Below, piece by piece: positions 57,971-64,000 of a stretch of 64,000 bases of DNA (position 1 is the first letter of the stretch; each line of letters starts with the position of its first letter). The notes under the pieces were generated by a model. That model searched no databases, was not told the origin of the DNA, and was given only the letters and a program-made list of their open reading frames with translations. Origin of the DNA: an uncultured Nitrososphaerota archaeon (GTDB taxonomy: Archaea; Thermoproteota; Nitrososphaeria; Nitrososphaerales; Nitrosopumilaceae); NCBI GenBank assembly GCA_963701075.1, contig OY969559.1, forward strand, positions 928,001 to 992,000. Direction: 5' to 3'. A program made the position numbers and the translations under genes.

Positions 57971-59533
57971 CTATTTTGATTTAAGACGTAACAGAATTAG
58001 ATTAGTTTCCATTCTGCCATATTTTGTAGGATATTTGTCCTTCAGTTCTGTGATTAAAAGAGTAGCAGCAACGTTTGCTCCACCTTCACCATAATAATTA
58101 TCAAGATTTTCAATAATTTGTTTATCAAACACCTTACTTAGATCCTGAAAAAAGATCTCTTTAGATACGTTCATTTTTTGCGCCTGCATGTTTCGTTGAA
58201 GTAGATTAACTAATCTAAACAGAACACTAATTCCTCTGTTATGACCAAAATATGTTCCTGCCTTAAATGAATAATCTGGCATGTATTGCTGCATGTAAGT
58301 AAAAATCTCCTTCAACTTTTTGTTAGTAGTAGAAACTGTTTCTTGTACCAGATTGTTGCTAATCATTGCAGAAACAAGCGTAGTTAGAGTAATTTTGTCA
58401 CCTTTTTGTTCATCTGCCATTCCAAAATAGATCCTATTTTTGAAAAATGAATGATTTAGCTCGTCTGCGACTCCGACTGATATTTTTTCTTTAAACTCTC
58501 TTGTTCCTTCCTTCCAATCTAAATCAGCCTTTAGCAGTAGTATTAGGTTACCGTCTATTCTTTGTTGTTTTGAATTAATATCAACAAATGTCTTGATCTC
58601 CTTTTTTCTATCATAATCTTGTAATGCAATAACTGGCATAGAGTACATCTTCTGAATTTCCGATGATACTACTGAAAAACCCAAAAGCCTGTGCTGTCCG
58701 TCAATTATTCTACAAGTATTGTAACTTAATGGAAATTGTATTTTTACAACTTTTGGGCAATCCTCTGGTGGGAGTATTTTATTCGTCATATCAGGCACAT
58801 TTATCAAAATAGAATTTGGAAAGGAAAGTCCTTCTCCTTTTTTGATATTATTAGATATGTTGATCATTCTGTGTTCTTTCAAGGTCCTCTGATAACCCAC
58901 GTCTTTGGTTCTTCGTCTTGAAACATAACATGTGTGTAGTAAATTAAAGACTCTTTCTACAAAACAAAATACTGGTATGTCACCAATATAATATTGAATT
59001 GCATCAATCTGTTTTGATGTTTTCTCATCTTCAAATTCCAACCAATCAAGCAAGTCATTTTTAGCCCAAAGTCCAATTTTCTTGTAACAGTTTAAAAAAT
59101 ATTCATAATCATCTAGATATGCAACTTTGTTTAGTTTACCACTTTGTGTCATACGCTGAACTTCATGAGATGGATTTTCTGGAGTTTTAGTAGATAGATC
59201 AAAATATACTCTAATTACTTTTCTTGGTCTTAATTGGTATAGTTTGTTGACAATTGCCAAATTGTCACGATCTTCCCATTTAATAAAAAACGCATTTTTC
59301 TTATTACTAGAGTGTTTATCCTTACTCACCTCTACAAGAAACAAATAATCTTTGAAGGTGAAAATTAGATCAATTTCACCTATCCTTTGAGTTGATGAAT
59401 TTGTAATTATGGAATTTGCATCTACAAAAGTAAATCCTAATTTGAAAAGTAGATCTGCTACTTCACGCTCATTTTTATTTTCAATTTTAGCGATCTTTTG
59501 CTCTGTTTCTAAAATTTGGTCTTTTTCCATCAT
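57971..59533 (-). CDS. DGQHR (DndB/ParB-like) domain protein with N-terminal PD-(D/E)XK-like domain
   Basis: GYQR, FPNSILI, IIDGQHRLLG, FVDINSKQ; N-terminal E...GEIDLIF...LVEV. Confidence 0.88.
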   Translation of the reverse strand: MMEKDQILETEQKIAKIENKNEREVADLLFKLGFTFVDANSIITNSSTQRIGEIDLIFTFKDYLFLVEVSKDKHSSNKKNAFFIKWEDRDNLAIVNKLYQLRPRKVIRVYFDLSTKTPENPSHEVQRMTQSGKLNKVAYLDDYEYFLNCYKKIGLWAKNDLLDWLEFEDEKTSKQIDAIQYYIGDIPVFCFVERVFNLLHTCYVSRRRTKDVGYQRTLKEHRMINISNNIKKGEGLSFPNSILINVPDMTNKILPPEDCPKVVKIQFPLSYNTCRIIDGQHRLLGFSVVSSEIQKMYSMPVIALQDYDRKKEIKTFVDINSKQQRIDGNLILLLKADLDWKEGTREFKEKISVGVADELNHSFFKNRIYFGMADEQKGDKITLTTLVSAMISNNLVQETVSTTNKKLKEIFTYMQQYMPDYSFKAGTYFGHNRGISVLFRLVNLLQRNMQAQKMNVSKEIFFQDLSKVFDKQIIENLDNYYGEGGANVAATLLITELKDKYPTKYGRMETNLILLRLKSK

Positions 59534-59615
59534 TTTTGTTATAATTAATCAGTTATTACAAATTGTGTTTTTTAAAACCGAATAATGTCTATAAAGACCA
59601 AATCCTTCTCGTTTT

Positions 59616-61106
59616 ATGTTGTCTGATAAAGTAACTTTCGAATTTCTCAAGAATCATCTCTGGAAAGCAGCTGATATTCTAAGAGGTTCTTTAGACGCAG
59701 GTGAATATCGTCAGCCAGTCATGACTCTGCTTTTTCTAAAAAGACTAAATGACACATTTGAAGAAAATGCAGAAAAATTGCTCAAAGCAGGAAAGAGTCA
59801 GAAAGAAGCATATGAAAATCCTGCAAGACATAATTTTTTTATTCCAAAACAAGCACGCTGGAAAATATTATCAGAAACAACTGAAAAGGTTGGCGAAACA
59901 ATAGATCATGTCTGCAAATTAATAGAAAGAGAAAATCCAGATCTAGATGGTGTGATGACAAATACAAAGTATAGCGATAGAAGAAAATATCCTGACGATA
60001 AATTACGACAATTAATTTCTCACTTTAATTATCCATCATTAAAAAATTCTGATTTAGAAAAAGAAGACATTTTTGGTGATGCATATGAATATCTTTTAGC
60101 AGAATTTGCTGATGAAACAAAGAAGAAAGGTGGTGAGTTCTTTACTCCAAGAGAAATTGTTCGTCTTTTAGTTAGTTTAGTAGAGCCAAAAGAAGGTATG
60201 AAGATCTGTGATCCTACTTGTGGTTCTGGTGGAATGTTGATTGAATCAAGAAAATATGTGGAGCGTTCTGGTGGCAATCCACGAAATTTGATTTTAGAAG
60301 GGCAGGAAAGCAACTATGGAAATTTAGCCATGTGCAAGATGAACATGGTACTGCATGATATTATTGATTTTAAGATAGAATATGGAGATGTGTTATCAAA
60401 TCCAAAACTAGTAGAAGGTGGAAGGCTCAAAACCTACGACCGAGTTCTTGCTAATTTTCCTTTTAGTATGAATTGGGATAGTAAAATCGCTGCAAAAGAC
60501 TCATACAATAGATTCCGATTTGGTGTGCCGCCTGCAAAAGATAAGGCTGATTTTGCCTTTATTCAACACATGTTTTCTTGCTTAAATGGAAAAGGACAGG
60601 CTGCCATAATTTGTTCTCAGGGAGTATTGTTTAGGGGTGGTGAAGAGGTAAAGATTCGTGAGGGAATGATAAAAGAAGATGTAATAGAAGGAATTGTTGC
60701 ACTACCTTCCAATCTGTTTTATGGTACCGGAATACCTGCGTGTGTTTTGATATTAGATAGAAATAAACCTGCAAACCGTAAAAATAAAATAATTTTCATT
60801 CATGGCGCAAAAGACTATCAAGAGGGCAAAACTCGTAATACATTACGAGATTCTGATATAAAGAAAATTGTATCTGCTTTTAAGAATTACAAAGACATTG
60901 ACGGATATTGCCACATTGCGAATCTTGAAGAACTGCAAGAAAATGAGTTTAATCTTAATGTGCCAAGATATGTTGACATTTCAGAACATGAAGAAGAGAT
61001 TGATATTCAAAAAACAATTGATGAATTAAAAAAACTAGAGAAGGAAAAACAAGAACTTGAAGTTAGAGTAATTTCTAATCTAAAAGAATTGGGTTTTAAG
61101 GTTTAG
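59616..61106 (+). CDS. hsdM: type I R-M methyltransferase subunit
   Basis: LWKAADILRG, GEFFTP, DPTCGSGG, ANFPF (motif IV variant of NPPF), LFYGTGIP. Confidence 0.96.
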   Translation: MLSDKVTFEFLKNHLWKAADILRGSLDAGEYRQPVMTLLFLKRLNDTFEENAEKLLKAGKSQKEAYENPARHNFFIPKQARWKILSETTEKVGETIDHVCKLIERENPDLDGVMTNTKYSDRRKYPDDKLRQLISHFNYPSLKNSDLEKEDIFGDAYEYLLAEFADETKKKGGEFFTPREIVRLLVSLVEPKEGMKICDPTCGSGGMLIESRKYVERSGGNPRNLILEGQESNYGNLAMCKMNMVLHDIIDFKIEYGDVLSNPKLVEGGRLKTYDRVLANFPFSMNWDSKIAAKDSYNRFRFGVPPAKDKADFAFIQHMFSCLNGKGQAAIICSQGVLFRGGEEVKIREGMIKEDVIEGIVALPSNLFYGTGIPACVLILDRNKPANRKNKIIFIHGAKDYQEGKTRNTLRDSDIKKIVSAFKNYKDIDGYCHIANLEELQENEFNLNVPRYVDISEHEEEIDIQKTIDELKKLEKEKQELEVRVISNLKELGFKV

Positions 61107-61109
61107 AAA

Positions 61110-62402
61110 ATGCAAATTGAAAAACAAAGACAAGGTTACAAACTAATTCAGATTCAATCTAGAAGATATGAAGAGATTCCAAATGATTGGAATGTTGTTA
61201 CATTAAAAAACTTGATAACTGACATAAAATCTGGTTTTGCATCTGGTGCGCGTGATGAAAATGGAGTAATTCAACTAAGAATGAATAACATTACTGATTA
61301 TGGAACACTAGATTTTAGTAAAATTCTGAAAGTTCCAATACCTGAGGATATTGATCAGTATGATCTGAAAAAAGACGATGTGCTTTTCAATAATACTAAC
61401 AGTCTTGATCTAATAGGAAAAACCACGATTGTTGATAACCTCATAGATCATACCTTCTCAAATCACATAACAAGAATAAGGACAGACAAGACAAAACTTG
61501 TTCCTTATTTCTTGATGTTGCTATTCTTAAAATACAAAGAACAAGCAATATTCCGTTCCATATGTAATACTCATGTGGGTCAATCTGGCATAAGCAAGAA
61601 TGAATTACTTAGGCTCAAAATCATCTGCCCACCATTAATAGAACAACAAAAAATTGCTTCAATTCTTTCATATGTTGATTATCTAATCAATCAAACACAA
61701 AAAATCGTTGAACAAACTCAGAGACTCAAGAAAGGAATATTGGAAAAGTTATTAACAAAAGGAATTGGACACACAAGATTCAATAAAACAAAACTTGGTG
61801 AAATTCCAGAAGAATGGAAAATTGAAAAACTTGAAAACATTTGTAAAATAACAGATACTCCGCATTATACATCGCCTTTGTTTAAAGACGGAATACCAGT
61901 TATTACTACCGCCGATTGTGATGAAAGTGGTAGAATAGATTATACACATGTAAATTTTACAACTAGAGAAGAATATCAAAAAAGACGGGAAACAATAAAT
62001 CCAGAAAAAGATGATGTGTTGTTTACTAGAGAAGCTCCATTAGGTATTGCAGTTGTAGTTGATAGAGACGAAATTGCGGTTGGTCAGAGAATTATTTTAT
62101 TAAAATTAGATAAAAAATTGATCAACAATATGTTCCTTATAACATTTCTAAATTCAGCAAGAGGTATTTATCAATCTAATTCTTTTGCCATAAAAACCAC
62201 AGTTGAACGAGTTAACATATCGGACATAAAGAAATTTGTAATTCCACTTCCTTCAATTTTAGAACAACAAAAAATTTCCAATATTTTATCAAATGTTGAT
62301 TTACAAATTCAAAAAGAACAAGAATACAAATCCAATCTTGAAACTCTCAAAAAAGGATTAATGCAAAAACTTCTCACAGGACAAATCAGGGTAAAAGTTT
62401 GA
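61110..62402 (+). CDS. hsdS: type I R-M specificity subunit
   Basis: Two TRDs with IP..W and P.L.EQQKI..IL...LKKG...KLLT conserved repeats. Confidence 0.95.
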   Translation: MQIEKQRQGYKLIQIQSRRYEEIPNDWNVVTLKNLITDIKSGFASGARDENGVIQLRMNNITDYGTLDFSKILKVPIPEDIDQYDLKKDDVLFNNTNSLDLIGKTTIVDNLIDHTFSNHITRIRTDKTKLVPYFLMLLFLKYKEQAIFRSICNTHVGQSGISKNELLRLKIICPPLIEQQKIASILSYVDYLINQTQKIVEQTQRLKKGILEKLLTKGIGHTRFNKTKLGEIPEEWKIEKLENICKITDTPHYTSPLFKDGIPVITTADCDESGRIDYTHVNFTTREEYQKRRETINPEKDDVLFTREAPLGIAVVVDRDEIAVGQRIILLKLDKKLINNMFLITFLNSARGIYQSNSFAIKTTVERVNISDIKKFVIPLPSILEQQKISNILSNVDLQIQKEQEYKSNLETLKKGLMQKLLTGQIRVKV

Positions 62403-64000
62403 ACTTTGACGTAGCAGATAACGACGAAGGAAACAAGTCAGAGCGACCAGCCTTAGAGCAACTATACGCTATGGGATATGATTATCTAAGCCAAAATGAC
62501 CTAAACAAAACACGAAGAGATTACCGTGAAGTTTTGCTTTATGACAGGCTAGAAAAGGCAATCAGAAAACTCAATCCCGAATTTGATGATGACGGTGTAA
62601 GAGACGCACTCACACAAATCAGTGAATTATCATATCCGTATACACTAGATCCAATGGATACAAACGAAAAGATTAGAGCAAAACTTGTTGAACTATCAAG
62701 ATCAAATGGATTAGAACCAATAATTGTAACTCAAAACTTTGGAGAAGGTCCTGAAGAAAAAACTGTAAAACTATTCGATTTTGATAATCCTGAAAATAAT
62801 GACTTTCTAGCAACTAACCAATTTCAGCTAGATGGTTTTAAAAATCCAATATATCCAGACATTGTAATTTTTGTAAATGGTATACCATTAGTTATAATAG
62901 AATGTAAATCGCCTTCAATTCCAGATCCTATAGGAGAAGCAATAGAAAGAAAAAACTTTGCACATTATCAAACAAGGGGATTAGGATTTGAAAGATTGCT
63001 TTTCTATAATCACTTTCTTGTTGCAACATGTGGAACACTTGCAAGACACGGAACTCTTGGTTCTAGCATAAATCATTATGCAAGATGGTCAGAAGCATAT
63101 CCGCTAACTATAGAAGAGATTGAAAAAATATGTAAAAGAAAACCACGAGAGCAAGAAATTCTTATTGCAGGCATGTTATCAAAGTCACATCTTTTAGATC
63201 TACTCAAAAACTATGTCCTATACGAAGATGTAAACAACAAAAAAATAAAAAAGATTGCAAAACACCAACAGTATAGGGTAGTTACAAAAGCAGTCAACAG
63301 ATTACATCTTGAAGGAAACATTGCAGACAAAGGTGGAGTTATCTGGCACACTCAGGGATCAGGAAAATCACTTTCAATGCTCTGGTTTGCAACGCAATTA
63401 ATGTTCAAGTTCAAAAACCCAGCCATAATTATCGTTACAGACAGAAAGCAACTAGACAGGCAGATTCATGACACCTTTAGAGCATGTGGCTTTGCAGAAC
63501 CTGAAAAAGCCAAGAGTTCAAGACATTTGGCAGAACTATTCCAAAATGCAAAAGGTAAGACCATAATGACAACCATTCAAAAGTTTGCTACGGAAGGTGC
63601 TCAAATCCACACAGATGAGAAGGCAATCGTACTAGTAGATGAGGCACATCGAACTCAATACAAGTTTAATGCGGAAGATATGCGAGCAGCCATTCCAAAT
63701 GGCGTATTTTTTGCATTTTCAGGTACTCCAATTGACAAGAAAAACAAGAGCACTTACAGAGTCTTTGGTCCAATGCTTGACAAGTATTCCTTTGAAGAAT
63801 CTAAAGCAGATGGTGCAACTTTGTCAATATTATACGAAGGTCGTATGCCTCATCTTTTTGTTGAAGGAGAAGATACAATAGACAAAATATTTGAAAGAGT
63901 ATTTTCTGATCTTGACAAAGAAACTAAAGCCAAGCTAAAATCACAATATGTAACAAAAGGAAAAATCGCAGAAGCACCTGCAAGAATTAGAAAGATATGC
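62399..64000 (+). CDS. hsdR: type I R-M restriction subunit (truncated by window end)
   Basis: TTG start overlapping the hsdS stop; PDIVIFVNGIPLVIIECK, WHTQGSGKS, DEAHR, FSGTP in one frame. Confidence 0.95.
   Translation, partial: MNFDVADNDEGNKSERPALEQLYAMGYDYLSQNDLNKTRRDYREVLLYDRLEKAIRKLNPEFDDDGVRDALTQISELSYPYTLDPMDTNEKIRAKLVELSRSNGLEPIIVTQNFGEGPEEKTVKLFDFDNPENNDFLATNQFQLDGFKNPIYPDIVIFVNGIPLVIIECKSPSIPDPIGEAIERKNFAHYQTRGLGFERLLFYNHFLVATCGTLARHGTLGSSINHYARWSEAYPLTIEEIEKICKRKPREQEILIAGMLSKSHLLDLLKNYVLYEDVNNKKIKKIAKHQQYRVVTKAVNRLHLEGNIADKGGVIWHTQGSGKSLSMLWFATQLMFKFKNPAIIIVTDRKQLDRQIHDTFRACGFAEPEKAKSSRHLAELFQNAKGKTIMTTIQKFATEGAQIHTDEKAIVLVDEAHRTQYKFNAEDMRAAIPNGVFFAFSGTPIDKKNKSTYRVFGPMLDKYSFEESKADGATLSILYEGRMPHLFVEGEDTIDKIFERVFSDLDKETKAKLKSQYVTKGKIAEAPARIRKIC

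Larger units (their letters stand above)
51697..64000. mobile_element. tRNA-Pro-integrated element / defence island (right end beyond window)
   Basis: Integrase directly after the tRNA; cargo of ATPase, regulators, DGQHR protein and type I R-M; no duplicated tRNA 3' end seen inside the window. Confidence 0.85.

Noticed and set aside
61110-62402. Phase-variable (shufflon) hsdS
   Set aside because: There is only one hsdS; its internal repeats are the normal conserved regions, and no inverted silent TRDs were seen.
63639-63881. 80-aa ORF from the track
   Set aside because: Out-of-frame shadow inside hsdR.

Overview
This window is AT-rich archaeal chromosome, most likely an ammonia-oxidising Nitrososphaerota/Thaumarchaeota (Nitrosotalea-like). 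The evidence is two TFB paralogues, class I LysRS, Elp3, cofG/cofH, RIO1, a PEFG-CTERM protein and thaumarchaeal-type RHH and Lrp proteins. It has three zones. (1) About 1-26 kb is a variable region rich in micro-proteins and secreted or metal-binding proteins. It holds two bacterial-type genes (fabI, rlmN) and a repeated 34-bp promoter motif. (2) About 26.7-51.5 kb is mostly core genes. (3) From tRNA-Pro(TGG) at 51623 to the window end is an integrated element with a tyrosine integrase, an AAA ATPase-wHTH, AbrB and HTH regulators, a nuclease-DGQHR fusion and a type I R-M system (hsdM, hsdS, truncated hsdR). The most unusual signal is in this element. The ATPase ORF is bracketed exactly by two 42-bp palindromic direct repeats that overlap its start and stop codons. 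It sits among several unrelated tandem double-palindromes that look like empty sites, which suggests a cassette-type gain/loss system. Several apparent frameshifts are single-base insertions at AGCT and may be sequencing artefacts at a methylated motif. All calls come from motif recognition by eye; no database searches were run.
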